A stretch of 64,000 bases of DNA from Patescibacteria group bacterium (lineage in GTDB: Bacteria; Patescibacteriota; Patescibacteriia; JAQUQO01): the NCBI GenBank assembly GCA_028716045.1, contig JAQUQO010000001.1, positions 192,942 to 256,941 of the forward strand. The letters are read 5' to 3'. Below are positions 28,696 through 39,423 of this stretch, in pieces. Below the pieces are notes generated by a model that searched no databases, was not told the origin of the DNA, and saw only the letters and a program-made list of their open reading frames with translations. Each line of letters opens with the position of its first letter. Positions within the stretch are counted from its first letter, which is position 1. A program made the position numbers and the translations under genes.

Positions 28696-28748
28696 GATTT
28701 ATTAGATAAAATAAAAAACACTCAAACTATTTTTACAGTTTGGGTGTT

Positions 28749-29159
28749 TTATTTTTTGCATTCCAGTCGAATGTTTTTCAAAATGACACCCATATATTCC
28801 CGGGATTTTTCCTGGTCTTTTGTGGCAGTGATTTCTATTGTCAGGGCAATGCCAATGGAAATGGCCAAATCCTTGTTTATCTTTCCCCACTTTTCAAGTT
28901 CTCTCAGAAATTCCCTATAGAGATTTTTACCTTGGTTTTCTTTGTTGACCCGTTTACTCGTTTCTGGGGTTATGATAAGTTCGGTCGTTAAAATCCTTTG
29001 ATTTTTGATTTGTTCAAGGATTTTTAATAAACACAGCATCACTTCTGGTTTATTAACAAAACCTTTATCTAACAGCGCTTGGCTAAGGATTTCAAAGATT
29101 ACCGGATTTTCTACTTTGTACTTAGCCATTTCTTCCGCCACGTACTCGGTATTTCCCAA
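28749..29159 (-). CDS. Hypothetical protein
   Basis: 136 aa, TTG start with SD AAGGAGGTG. Confidence 0.65.
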   Translation of the reverse strand: MGNTEYVAEEMAKYKVENPVIFEILSQALLDKGFVNKPEVMLCLLKILEQIKNQRILTTELIITPETSKRVNKENQGKNLYREFLRELEKWGKINKDLAISIGIALTIEITATKDQEKSREYMGVILKNIRLECKK

Positions 29160-29297
29160 TTCTTTCTCACCTCCTTTGTTGTCAAAAAGCTTGATTTTTA
29201 ACCCCTGATGGGGCTGGTTGGGTTATCCAACGCCTTAACTTATCATAAAAAATAGGACTTGTCAAGAGCTTTGATTTTTGTTACATTTATTAGTGTT

Positions 29298-30782
29298 ATG
29301 GCATTGACTGACAGGCAAAAATATCGTCTTTTAGAAATTTTCCCGGGAGCTCTGCTTTGGGGAGTTTTTATTTTATCAATCATCTTATCTTTTGTCAGGC
29401 CGATTTGGGTGGTTTACTTTATTATCGTTTTTACCGTTTACTGGCTTTTCCGCGTGACCTATTTTGTTTTTTACATGGTTTATTCTTGGCGGAGATATAA
29501 GTGCGAGGTGAATACCGATTGGATGGCCAAACTAAACGAACTTTCCAATTGGCGCGATTATTATCATATGATTTTTATTCCTACCGCCGGCGAGCCGCTG
29601 GAAGTTCTTCGGACCACCCTAAACAGTATCACCGCCAACGAGATGCCGCTTGATAAATTTATTCTTGTTTTGGCGGGCGAAGGTAGGAAGGCGGACGATT
29701 TTTTGCCCAAAGCCGAAATTTTAGAAAAAGAATACGGCCGCAAATTTTTTAAATTTATAGTGACGGTTCATCCCGACGGAGTGATTGGAGAAATCAAAGG
29801 CAAGGGTTCAAACGCCAATTATGCCGGCCGGGAATCTAAAAAAATTATTGACGGGTTGGGCATACCCTATGAAAAAATCATTGTTTCTTATTTTGATTGT
29901 GACACCTGCGTCCATCCGAAATATTTTTCTTGTCTGACTTATAAATACGCCACCCACCCCAATCCCACCCGCACTTCTTTTCAACCGGTAGCTCTCTATA
30001 ATAACAATATCTGGAATGCTTTGTTTTTCACTCGTATCACCGCTTTCGGCACTACTTTTTGGCTGATGACGGAGCTGGCTCGCCCCGACCGATTATTTAC
30101 TTTTTCTTCCCATTCCATGAGTTACAAGGCGTTGGTGGATGTTGGGTTCTGGCAGAAAGACATAGTTTCCGACGATTCCAGAATCTTTCTGCAATGTCTT
30201 ATACATTACGATGGAGAATATTCAGTCGCGCCGATGCACATTCCTATTTCCATGGATACGGTGATGGCGGGGAATATTTGGGAGAGCGTTAAGAATCTCT
30301 ACAAGCAACAGAGAAGATGGGCTTGGGGTATAGAGAATTTTCCTTTCATGGTTTATCATTTTCTGCGTAATAAAAAAATCCCGTTGTTTAAAAAGATAAA
30401 ATATACCTGGAATCAAACCGAGGGGATGTTTTCGTGGGCCAGCGCTCCGATTTTACTTTTTGTTTTAGGACGATTACCCTTGCTGGTGGCGTCAGAAACA
30501 ATTAAAACCGAGGCAATTATTCAGAATGCTCCTTTGGTCTTGGAAAAATTAATGGTCGCGGCTATGCTTGGTATTTTGGTTTCGGCGATTTTTGGGCTTT
30601 TGCTGATGCCGCCACCGCCGGCAGGAAAAGGCAGATATACTTATCTTATTCTGGCCCTGCAGTGGATTTTTTTACCGGTGACTTTGATAATATTCGGGTC
30701 TTTGCCGGCAATAGACGCGCAAACCCGCCTGATGTTTGGCAAGTATTTGGGATTTTGGGTGACGGAAAAAATACGAAAATAA
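29298..30782 (+). CDS. Family 2 membrane glycosyltransferase
   Basis: GKGSN, FDCDT, SDDSRIF, QQRRWAWG; start moved to ATG 29298. Confidence 0.9.
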   Translation: MALTDRQKYRLLEIFPGALLWGVFILSIILSFVRPIWVVYFIIVFTVYWLFRVTYFVFYMVYSWRRYKCEVNTDWMAKLNELSNWRDYYHMIFIPTAGEPLEVLRTTLNSITANEMPLDKFILVLAGEGRKADDFLPKAEILEKEYGRKFFKFIVTVHPDGVIGEIKGKGSNANYAGRESKKIIDGLGIPYEKIIVSYFDCDTCVHPKYFSCLTYKYATHPNPTRTSFQPVALYNNNIWNALFFTRITAFGTTFWLMTELARPDRLFTFSSHSMSYKALVDVGFWQKDIVSDDSRIFLQCLIHYDGEYSVAPMHIPISMDTVMAGNIWESVKNLYKQQRRWAWGIENFPFMVYHFLRNKKIPLFKKIKYTWNQTEGMFSWASAPILLFVLGRLPLLVASETIKTEAIIQNAPLVLEKLMVAAMLGILVSAIFGLLLMPPPPAGKGRYTYLILALQWIFLPVTLIIFGSLPAIDAQTRLMFGKYLGFWVTEKIRK

Positions 30783-30793
30783 AACGCGTCTTT

Positions 30794-31003
30794 TTAAGGC
30801 GCGTTAGTTATTTTTTTGATGGTTGAGAAAATAATGGATATACCGCCGATGGTTAGACCCAAAAAGATAAATCCTATGGGTATAACTATTAGGGGGTCGG
30901 TATTGCCAGGTAGAATTTCCCCTAGGCCAGTCGTAATCATTACCGTTCCCATGCCAGTCGTAATCATTAAAGACCCTATTAGTATTTTAAGTAAATCCTT
31001 CAT
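30794..31003 (-). CDS. Small 2-TM membrane protein
   Basis: SD AAGGAGG, two hydrophobic helices. Confidence 0.65.
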   Translation of the reverse strand: MKDLLKILIGSLMITTGMGTVMITTGLGEILPGNTDPLIVIPIGFIFLGLTIGGISIIFSTIKKITNAP

Positions 31004-31056
31004 AATCCCTCCTTTGTAAAGGTGCGATAATTAGATTGTAGGAAAATCTTAAATAT

Positions 31057-32067
31057 ATGTCAATTAGTCCAAAAATATTAATAAGTTTAGTAACCTGGAA
31101 TAGTAAAAAATTTCTACCCTTTTGTTTACCCGCTATTTATAGCCAGACGTATAATAATTTTCAGTTAGTTGTTTTAGACAACGATTCTTCTGACGGGACA
31201 GCGGATTTTGTTTTGAAAAATTATCCAGAGGCGGAATTAATCAGGAACGGTAGAAACGAAGGATATGTGGCGCATAATAGAAATATAGAATATGGGCTAA
31301 GAAATATGGGAGAAGGATTTGAATATGTTTTAGTGATGAATCCTGATATTGTGATGGAGCTAGATTGTTTGGGTAAATTGGTGGAGGCGATGGAGGGAGG
31401 AGAGAAGTTGGGTAGTGTTGGCCCGAAGTTGAAGCGCTTTGAATTTGGCGAGGACTTGAAAAATATAGTTAAAACCGATATAATTGATTCTACTGGTTTA
31501 AAAATGTTCCGTTCTCGCCGAACCGTTGACCGTGGGGCCGGAGAAATTGATAATAGCCAATTTGATGGTCAAAAAGAGGTTTTTGGAATTTCCGGAGCCT
31601 TAGCGCTTTACCGTCTAAACGCCCTACAAGGGGTTAGGTTGGCTGAAGGAGAGTATTTTGATAAAGATTATTTTATGTATAAAGAAGATGTTGATTTGGC
31701 TTGGCGGTTGAAGAATAGGGGTTGGGGGGCGGAGTTGGTACCAAAAGCAGTTGCTTATCACTATCGCGGTGCCGCGGGTGGTGAAAAAGTTGGCGCAATT
31801 AATATTATTAAAAATAGAAAAGAAAAGTCAAAATTAGTTAATTATTATTCTTACAAAAATCACCTTTTGACTTTAGTAAAAAATGAGCGGTGGGGCGACT
31901 TTTTGAAAAATTTTCCTTTTATATTTTGGTACGAATTAAAAAAGTTTTTATATATTTTATTTTTTGAATGGCCGACTCTCAAAGCGATTCCCGAATTCTT
32001 TAGGCAATTGCCAAACTCTTTAGAAAAGAGAAGATTAATATTTTCGAAATATGCTAAAAATAAGTAA
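31057..32067 (+). CDS. Family 2 glycosyltransferase
   Basis: LDNDSSDGT, MNPD, YFMYKEDVDLAWR. Confidence 0.93.
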   Translation: MSISPKILISLVTWNSKKFLPFCLPAIYSQTYNNFQLVVLDNDSSDGTADFVLKNYPEAELIRNGRNEGYVAHNRNIEYGLRNMGEGFEYVLVMNPDIVMELDCLGKLVEAMEGGEKLGSVGPKLKRFEFGEDLKNIVKTDIIDSTGLKMFRSRRTVDRGAGEIDNSQFDGQKEVFGISGALALYRLNALQGVRLAEGEYFDKDYFMYKEDVDLAWRLKNRGWGAELVPKAVAYHYRGAAGGEKVGAINIIKNRKEKSKLVNYYSYKNHLLTLVKNERWGDFLKNFPFIFWYELKKFLYILFFEWPTLKAIPEFFRQLPNSLEKRRLIFSKYAKNK

Positions 32068-32704
32068 GATATTTTTTCCCCTGGCAGTGCTATTTCTAAT
32101 TGGGTCATTTTTTTGGTATGTGATGGCACCATTTTTTTATTTTATTTATAGAATTGATAAGTTTATATTTATATTAACAATTTTACTGGTGATAGTTTTT
32201 ATTTTTTTATTTATTAATAAGAATTGCAAACGATATGTGAGAGAAAACTTGGCCATATCAATATTGACAATATCATCAGTTATTTTGATATTTTTAACTT
32301 ATTCTTTTAGTAGCTACAATTATTTTACACGAGAAGTGGGCATCATAAGAAATGTCTTTCAGTATAATTTGTCAATTGCAAATTATATTCTTAATAATCA
32401 GACAAAATTGTTATATAATAATTATTTTCATACCGACATATTATTTAATAATTCTAGTCGTATTACCGATAATATGTCAGATAAATGTCAGTACAAGTTT
32501 TTGGTTACTCTTTCTAAAATGGAGGGGGCTAATAAAATTAATGATTCCATCCATTTTATATACAATTTATTAATGGGGTCGGGGTGGAATACTAATCAAA
32601 AAAAGAATGCTGACCTCGCCTCAGACCAATATTATGAAAGTTTTTTTAATGATATAAAAGAGATACAGAGTAATATATTGTATTTAACCGAAAATTGTCA
32701 TTAA
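32051..32704 (+). CDS. AT-rich hypothetical membrane protein
   Basis: Three N-terminal TM segments; coupled to both neighbours. Confidence 0.6.
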   Translation: MLKISKIFFPLAVLFLIGSFFWYVMAPFFYFIYRIDKFIFILTILLVIVFIFLFINKNCKRYVRENLAISILTISSVILIFLTYSFSSYNYFTREVGIIRNVFQYNLSIANYILNNQTKLLYNNYFHTDILFNNSSRITDNMSDKCQYKFLVTLSKMEGANKINDSIHFIYNLLMGSGWNTNQKKNADLASDQYYESFFNDIKEIQSNILYLTENCH

Positions 32705-32707
32705 ATT

Positions 32708-33520
32708 ATGGACCTCTCCATAGTAATTCTAAATTATAAAACCAGAGGATTTTTAAAGACCTGTATCCGCGGGATAGAGATGTTTAACCATGGGCTAAAT
32801 TATGAGATAATAGTAGTGGATAACGCCTCGGGCGACGGTTCGGCGGAAATGATTAAGGAAAATTTTCCCAATGTTAAGTTGATTGAAGCGCCGGTGAATT
32901 TAGGCCACGCCAAAGGAAATAATTTAGGAATAAAAGAAGCGCAAGGCAAATACATTTTACTTTTAAATACCGACATTGCTCCGCTTGAAGGAGGGGTAAA
33001 GAATCTGTATGACTTTTTGGAAAAGACGCCGGATATTGGTTTGGCCGGGGCTAAATTATTAAATCCCGACAAAACGCCGCAACAGTCCTGTTTGCGTTTT
33101 CCCTCAAAACTCACGCCGCTTTTCCGCCGCACTTTTTTGGGACGTTGGTCTTTTGCTAAAGCGGATATAAGTCGTTATGTTATGGCAGACTTTTGCCATG
33201 ATCGCAGCTGCCCCGTAGAATGGGTGATGAGCAGCGCCATTATGGTGAGGCGAGAGGCGATGAAGAAAGTTGGTTTGATGGATGAAAGGTTCTTTGTCTA
33301 TTTTGCTGACGTTGACTGGTGCCGCCGGTTTTGGGAAAACGGTTATAAGGTTTATTACGTGGCGGAAGCGCCGATGGTTCATTATCATCGCCGCGAGTCG
33401 GCGGAAAACAAGGGTTTGGCCTCTGTGTTTAACCCCCTTACCCGCATTCATATTAAAGATTGGATTAAGTATTTGAGAAAATATAAAAATAGCGATACTC
33501 CCCAAATCTATGGAAATTAA
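32708..33520 (+). CDS. Family 2 glycosyltransferase (WbbL-like)
   Basis: VVDNASGDGS, LLNTD, DERFFVYFADVDWCRR. Confidence 0.93.
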   Translation: MDLSIVILNYKTRGFLKTCIRGIEMFNHGLNYEIIVVDNASGDGSAEMIKENFPNVKLIEAPVNLGHAKGNNLGIKEAQGKYILLLNTDIAPLEGGVKNLYDFLEKTPDIGLAGAKLLNPDKTPQQSCLRFPSKLTPLFRRTFLGRWSFAKADISRYVMADFCHDRSCPVEWVMSSAIMVRREAMKKVGLMDERFFVYFADVDWCRRFWENGYKVYYVAEAPMVHYHRRESAENKGLASVFNPLTRIHIKDWIKYLRKYKNSDTPQIYGN

Positions 33521-35555
33521 AGGAGATTTTTTAAGACGCCATTTGATTTTTCCTTGGCAGCGCCGGCGCAGAAAGTTTTTTCAAATTGTTAAAGCGTTTT
33601 TTTTAGCAGTCGTGATTATAATCATCGCCGGAGGATTTTTTATTTACCCCTTTATCGGCACGGCGCGGGATATCTATGCTTTAGCCAAAGAGGGGAGAAA
33701 TAATTTGGAGCAGGCCGAGGATTACGCCGGGAGATTAGATTTGGAAAATGCCGAAATTTTTTTAATAAAAGCGGAAAGCGACTTATCTGCGGCCCGGGAA
33801 AAATTTGCAAAGTTTTATCTTTTTAAAAAATTGCCGATTATCGGGAAACAAGTTTCCGCCCTGGACAATCTTCTGCTCACCGGCATAGAAACCACCTCGG
33901 CCGTTAAGGAAATCGTTTTGGTTGCGAAGGATATTTTTAAAACCGTTGAGATGGCTTCAATATTGAGCGGGCAGACTGATTTTGGCGAGGGCGATTTGTC
34001 TTTTGACAAAATTTCCAAAGAACAGAAAAAAAGAATTTTAAAAACTTTATTTGAGTCCTCACCGCAGCTTCAGGGCGCCAAAGCCAAGATAGACTTGGCG
34101 ATGCTTTCCTTTAACCAGATACCGGAAGATGAAATTTTTTATCCGTTTAAAAAAGCGATTGAACCGTTGCGCGATAAACTTCCGGCGTTGCAGGAAACAA
34201 TCAGTAAAGCCATTCCGGCTTCGGAAATTTTACCGCAGGTTTTGGGATATCCATATCCCAAGACATATTTATTTCTTCTGCAAAATAACCACGAAATTCG
34301 TCCCACCGGCGGATTTATCGGAACTTTTGGCATTGTCAAATTAGACAGCGGGGATTTGGTCACTTTTGCCACGGACAATATTTATAAATTGGATTTTTCG
34401 GTAATCAATACTTTGAAAGTTAATCCGCCCGAACCGCTTAAAAAATATTTATTGGGCCAGAACGGCTGGTTCTTGCGCGATTCCAATTGGTCGCCGGATT
34501 TTCCCACCAGCGCCCGTCAGGCAGAGTGGTTTTATAATCAAGAAATTCAGTCGCATCTTAATAAGGGAGAAGATGATATCTGGAAAGCGACGGTGGAGCC
34601 GAAAATTGACGGAGTGATTGCCATTACGCCCAATCTTATTCGAGACCTTTTAAAGTTGGTTGGACAGATTAAAATTGACGGGCAAATTTTTGACGCTGAA
34701 AATTTAGTGGAGGCCCTGGAATATCAGGTAGAAAAGGGTTATTACGAGCAGGGGGTACCGGATATCCAACGCAAGGAAATCGTAGGCAAACTGGCGGTGG
34801 AACTCAAAAAACGTTTATTTGAATTACCATCCTCGCGGTGGCCTGAGGCCCTGGATATCCTGAAAAAGAATTTAAACGAAAAGCAGGTTTTGGTTTATGA
34901 TAATAGCGCGGATTTGCAGATGCTTGTTGATGAGAACAATTGGGGCGGGGCGTTGGTAAAATATGACGGAGATTATCTCTCGGTCATTGATTCCAATATG
35001 GCCAGCTTAAAAACCGACCAGGTGATGGCTCGAAAAATAAATTATACCGTCAGCGTAGAAGGAGACGATTTGATTGCCGAAGCGGGAATCACTTATACCA
35101 ATAATGGCAATTTTAGCTGGAAGACAACTCGTTATCGCACGTATACTCGTTTTTATGTGCCGCAGGGGAGTGAGCTCATTGAAGTTAGGGGCGCAATGGA
35201 GAATGATAAAGTTAAAGATCCCGAAAGAAAACCAGGGCAAGCCGATGTTGGCGAAGAGTTAGGGAAAACTTATTTCGGAGCATTTGTTGCCGTAGAACCC
35301 GGAGAGACAAGGAGTTTAAGCGTGAAGTATCGTTTGCCCAAATGGGTAAAAACCAAATACGACCTGGGGCTGTATAAACTTTTTGTTCAAAAACAATCTG
35401 GCACGGAAGGACACAGTTTGACAATAGACCTTAATTTTGATAAAAAGATTAAGTCCTGGCTGCCGCTCGGATATTCTTCCCGCCAGCAAAGCGATAAGCA
35501 GATAAAGTTTATTTATACCCTGCGGCAAGACAGAGAATCCCTAGTGCAGTTTTAA
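33510..35555 (+). CDS. DUF4012 domain protein
   Basis: YLFLLQNNHEIRPTGGFIG, RDSNWSPDFPTSA. Confidence 0.9.
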   Translation: MEIKGDFLRRHLIFPWQRRRRKFFQIVKAFFLAVVIIIIAGGFFIYPFIGTARDIYALAKEGRNNLEQAEDYAGRLDLENAEIFLIKAESDLSAAREKFAKFYLFKKLPIIGKQVSALDNLLLTGIETTSAVKEIVLVAKDIFKTVEMASILSGQTDFGEGDLSFDKISKEQKKRILKTLFESSPQLQGAKAKIDLAMLSFNQIPEDEIFYPFKKAIEPLRDKLPALQETISKAIPASEILPQVLGYPYPKTYLFLLQNNHEIRPTGGFIGTFGIVKLDSGDLVTFATDNIYKLDFSVINTLKVNPPEPLKKYLLGQNGWFLRDSNWSPDFPTSARQAEWFYNQEIQSHLNKGEDDIWKATVEPKIDGVIAITPNLIRDLLKLVGQIKIDGQIFDAENLVEALEYQVEKGYYEQGVPDIQRKEIVGKLAVELKKRLFELPSSRWPEALDILKKNLNEKQVLVYDNSADLQMLVDENNWGGALVKYDGDYLSVIDSNMASLKTDQVMARKINYTVSVEGDDLIAEAGITYTNNGNFSWKTTRYRTYTRFYVPQGSELIEVRGAMENDKVKDPERKPGQADVGEELGKTYFGAFVAVEPGETRSLSVKYRLPKWVKTKYDLGLYKLFVQKQSGTEGHSLTIDLNFDKKIKSWLPLGYSSRQQSDKQIKFIYTLRQDRESLVQF

Positions 35556-35573
35556 CATCAATTTCTAATTAAT

Positions 35574-36581
35574 ATGTTTATCAAAAAAATCGGAATAGAT
35601 TTAGGGACAACCAATGTTTTAGTCTATATTCCTAAAAAAGGCATCATTATTAATGAGCCATCGGTGGTGGCTATTTCTGTTGTTGATAAAAAGATATTAG
35701 CTGTCGGCAGTGAAGCCAAAGAAATGCTTGGCCGTACTCCCGATACTATTATCGCTTCTCGGCCGTTGAAAGACGGAGTTATTGCAGATTACAAAACTAC
35801 GGAAGCCATGCTCCGATATTTTATTAATAAGGCGCTTGGCGGAGTTCATCTTTTTCGGCCGGAAGTAATGGTTTCCGTTCCGGCGGGCATCACTTCCACC
35901 GAAAGACGCGCGGTGATTGACGCGACTATCGCCGCCGGAGCCAAAGCCGCTTATATTATTAAAGAGCCGATTGTGGCCGCTATTGGAGCGGATATTCCGA
36001 TTGGCAGTGCTTCCGGGCATATGATTATAGATATCGGCGGAGGAACGGCGGAGATGGCGGTGATTTCTTTGGGCGGGATTGTCGCTTCTGATTCCGTGCG
36101 CATCGGCGGCAACAAACTTGACCAAGCCATTTTGGAGTATGTGCGCCGCAAATTCGGCTTGGCTATCGGTGAACGCACGGCCGAAGATATAAAAATAAAA
36201 ATCGGTTCAGCCACACCCTTGGAAAATAAATTATCCATGGAAGTCAAGGGGAGAGATATGGTCTCTGGCCTTCCCAAAACAATTATTATCAACTCTGACC
36301 ATGTCACCGAAGCCATTCAAGACGAGTTAAACGGAATAATTTCCGCTTGCCGGGAAGTTCTTCATAAAACACCCCCCGAACTATCTGCTGATGTTATGGA
36401 AAAGGGGATGGTTTTGACCGGTGGAACAGCTCTGCTCCGTAATATAGATATTTTATTGTCGCAGGCGACCGGAGTGCCGGCCTATGTGGCTGATGATGCC
36501 TTGCTTTGCGTAGCCAAGGGTACAGGCGTTGCTTTAGAAAATTTGGAATCATATAAAAGGTCAATATTAGCGACAAGATAA
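35574..36581 (+). CDS. mreB: Rod shape-determining protein MreB/Mbl
   Basis: IGIDLGT, NEPSVVA, RPLKDGVIAD, IDIGGGT. Confidence 0.97.
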   Translation: MFIKKIGIDLGTTNVLVYIPKKGIIINEPSVVAISVVDKKILAVGSEAKEMLGRTPDTIIASRPLKDGVIADYKTTEAMLRYFINKALGGVHLFRPEVMVSVPAGITSTERRAVIDATIAAGAKAAYIIKEPIVAAIGADIPIGSASGHMIIDIGGGTAEMAVISLGGIVASDSVRIGGNKLDQAILEYVRRKFGLAIGERTAEDIKIKIGSATPLENKLSMEVKGRDMVSGLPKTIIINSDHVTEAIQDELNGIISACREVLHKTPPELSADVMEKGMVLTGGTALLRNIDILLSQATGVPAYVADDALLCVAKGTGVALENLESYKRSILATR

Positions 36582-37696
36582 TGCTCATCGGCATTGACGC
36601 TTCGCGCGCCAACAAAAAAGAAAAAACCGGGACCGAATGGTATTCTTACTATCTGATTCAAGAATTTAAGAAACTGAACTCCGAAGGGGATCAGTTTATT
36701 TTATATTCTAAAGAAGCTCTGTGTGACGGTTTAGAAAATTTGCCGCCTAATTGGCGTTCTAAAATTTTAACATCTTCTTTGCGCCGATTTTGGACGCAGT
36801 GGCGCCTGTCGTGGGAAATGATAAAAGACAAGCCGGATATTTTATTCGTTCCTGCGCACACCATACCGTTGATTCATCCTAAAAGAACCGTTACTACTTT
36901 ACATGACATTGGTTTTGAGAGATTTCCTGAAATTTATAATTTTCAGGAATTAGCTTACCATCGTTTTTCCGCCCGTTTTGCCATTAAACACGCCAAGCGC
37001 GTTATTACTGTTTCCAATTTTTCGAAACAAGAGATGATTGATATTTACGGCGCCGACCCGGAGAAAATTTCCGTTGTTTATAATGGATATAATTCTGATT
37101 TATATAAAAAATTGCCGAAAGAGGAAGCTAGTTCCATATTAGAGAAATACAATATCAGTCAACCATACTTTTTGTTTTTAGGCAGATTGGAAGAAAAGAA
37201 AAATGTGGCGGGACTGATAAGGGCTTTTAATCTTTTGATGCGAGATGAGAGGTTTGGCGATTATAAATTAGTATTGGTCGGTCGGTCCGGATATTTTGGT
37301 TATCAAAAAATAAAAGATGAAATTTTTCATTCTCCGGTTAAAGATAAAATTTTAGAGCTCGGTTGGGTGGAGGAGCAGGATTTGCCAGCTTTTTATAATG
37401 GCGCTACAGCTTTTATTTTTCCCAGTTTTTACGAAGGTTTTGGAATCCCGATTACAGAGGCCATGGCTTGTGGCACGCCGGTAGTTTGTTCTAACCGCGC
37501 GGCTTTGCCGGAGATTGCGGGCGGGGCAGGAATTTTAATAGAACCGGAAAATTTTGAGGAATTTGGCCGGAAGATGGGGGAAGTTGTAAATGATGAAAAT
37601 TTAAGAAGAACGCTTATTGAAAAGGGCCTGGAAAGGGCGAAATTATTTTCTTGGAAAAAATGCGCGGAGGAAACGATGAAAATTTTAAAGCAATAA
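36581..37696 (+). CDS. Family 4 glycosyltransferase
   Basis: FPSFYEGFGIPITEAMACGTP. Confidence 0.94.
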   Translation: MLIGIDASRANKKEKTGTEWYSYYLIQEFKKLNSEGDQFILYSKEALCDGLENLPPNWRSKILTSSLRRFWTQWRLSWEMIKDKPDILFVPAHTIPLIHPKRTVTTLHDIGFERFPEIYNFQELAYHRFSARFAIKHAKRVITVSNFSKQEMIDIYGADPEKISVVYNGYNSDLYKKLPKEEASSILEKYNISQPYFLFLGRLEEKKNVAGLIRAFNLLMRDERFGDYKLVLVGRSGYFGYQKIKDEIFHSPVKDKILELGWVEEQDLPAFYNGATAFIFPSFYEGFGIPITEAMACGTPVVCSNRAALPEIAGGAGILIEPENFEEFGRKMGEVVNDENLRRTLIEKGLERAKLFSWKKCAEETMKILKQ

Positions 37697-37703
37697 TTAT
37701 TTT

Positions 37704-38381
37704 ATGGCAGGAGGGGATAAAAAGTTTAATCGCCAGTCGATTCGTTTAAAAAATTATGATTATAGTGAATCGGGATATTATTTCGTAACGATTTGCGTAC
37801 AAGGTAGTAAATGTTTATTTGGCGAGGTGGTTAATGGTGAGGTGATATTAAATAGTATTGGCGAAATGATTAAAAAATGGTGGCTGGAATTAGAAAATAA
37901 ATTTTTCCGCGTTGAATTAGATAAATTTATTGTAATGCCGAACCATTTTCATGGAATAATAAATATAACCATAGGGATTGTAGGGGCAGACCTGCGTGTC
38001 TGCTCTAATCTTAAAAAGGGCGAACACGTAGGTTCGCCCCTACACAATCGCGAACACGTAGGTTCGCCCCTACACAATCGCGAACACGTAGGTTCGCCCC
38101 TACACAATCGCGAACACGTAGGTTCGCCCCTACATGATATTGTAAAATGGTTTAAAACAATGACGACGAATGAATATATTAAAAATGTTAAACAAGGCGG
38201 TTGGCCGCCATTCGATCGGAGATTATGGCAGCGCAATTATTGGGAGCACGTAATCCGTACCGAAAAATCATTAAATAATATTCGTGAATATATACTGAGC
38301 AATCCCGAAAATTGGAGTGGCGAAGCGGAGGATTTTAATGTATTTGTGGGTAAATTTATTGTTAAATCCGCCGCTTTATGA
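37704..38381 (+). mobile_element. REP-associated tyrosine transposase (Y1/HUH, RAYT)
   Basis: RQSIRLKNYDYS..GYYFVTIC, MPNHFHGI, WQRNYWEHVIR, YILSNP. Confidence 0.92.
37980..38134. repeat. GTAG-type REPs inside the RAYT gene: one forward copy plus a 30-bp tandem array (3.8 copies) in inverted orientation
   Basis: GTAGGGGCAGACCTGCGTGTCTGC; (CGAACACGTAGGTTCGCCCCTACACAATCG)n at 38021-38134. Confidence 0.92.
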
Positions 38382-38394
38382 TAGAATTCTCTAT

Positions 38395-39405
38395 ATGATA
38401 CAGAAGGGGATACAATGGAACTGGAGGGTGATTGGCAATCGTAATATTGCCGATTTTTTACAAAATAACATTGCCAAAAACAATTTAGCTCACGCCTACC
38501 TTTTTGCCGGTCCGGAAAAAGTTGGCCGCAAGATTCTGGCCTATGAATTTATCTCTTCGTTATTTTGCGAGGATAAAAACGTGAAACCCTGTGGCAAGTG
38601 CCGGCAATGTCAGCAAATCGCCAAGGGAATCCATCCGGACGTTTATCATCTTTCTAAATTGGAAGAAAAAAAAGACATCATCATTGAGCAGGTGAGAGAG
38701 TTACAAAATAAATTAAGTTTAGGCTCCTTTTCTAACGGTTATAAAGTGGCGGTAATTGATGGCGCGGACTTATTGAATGAATCTTCGGCCAACAGTTTTT
38801 TAAAGACGCTGGAAGAGCCGACAGCCAAGACGATTATTATTTTGATAGCCGAGAAAGTTGATTTTTTGCCGGCAACAATTCTGTCGCGTTGTCAGATTTT
38901 AAAATTTTTACCAGTTAAAGAAAAAGAAATTTTTGATTATCTTTTATCCTTGGGCGCTCAACGCGCGGAGGCGGAAAATTTGGCGCACTTGTCCTTTGGC
39001 CGGCCGGGCCTAGCTCTTGATTTATTCCGCCAACGGGATTTGCTGGAAGAACATAATAAGAGAGTGAATGACTTTTTTCTCTTGTCTCAAGGCGAAATTT
39101 ATGAAAGGTTTGAAATCATAAATAATTTGGCCAATAGCAAGATAGAGAGAAATGTTTTGGTTAAAAATTTGGACAGTTCGCTCGGGATTTGGGCGTCGCT
39201 TTTAAGGGACATGGCCTATATCAAGAATGATTCTCTCGATTTTATCGCCAATTTGAATGTCAAGGAAAAATTACAAAAACTAGCGCAAAGATACTCTTTG
39301 GAGAAAATTGTGGAACTAATGGAAGAGCTTAACAAAACCAGGGATTATTTGGAAAGGAACGTGAATATCCGTTTGGCCCTGGAAAACTTTGTTTTAAATC
39401 TATAA
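38395..39405 (+). CDS. holB: DNA polymerase III delta' subunit
   Basis: HAYLFAGP, PCGKCRQC, HPDV, ANSFLKTLEEP, TILSRCQ; start moved to 38395. Confidence 0.93.
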   Translation: MIQKGIQWNWRVIGNRNIADFLQNNIAKNNLAHAYLFAGPEKVGRKILAYEFISSLFCEDKNVKPCGKCRQCQQIAKGIHPDVYHLSKLEEKKDIIIEQVRELQNKLSLGSFSNGYKVAVIDGADLLNESSANSFLKTLEEPTAKTIIILIAEKVDFLPATILSRCQILKFLPVKEKEIFDYLLSLGAQRAEAENLAHLSFGRPGLALDLFRQRDLLEEHNKRVNDFFLLSQGEIYERFEIINNLANSKIERNVLVKNLDSSLGIWASLLRDMAYIKNDSLDFIANLNVKEKLQKLAQRYSLEKIVELMEELNKTRDYLERNVNIRLALENFVLNL

Positions 39406-39423
39406 ATTTTAAACATTATCCGT

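Noticed and set aside
38021-38134. 30-bp repeats as a CRISPR array
   Set aside because: Head-to-tail identical units with no spacers, in frame inside a RAYT, and no cas operon.
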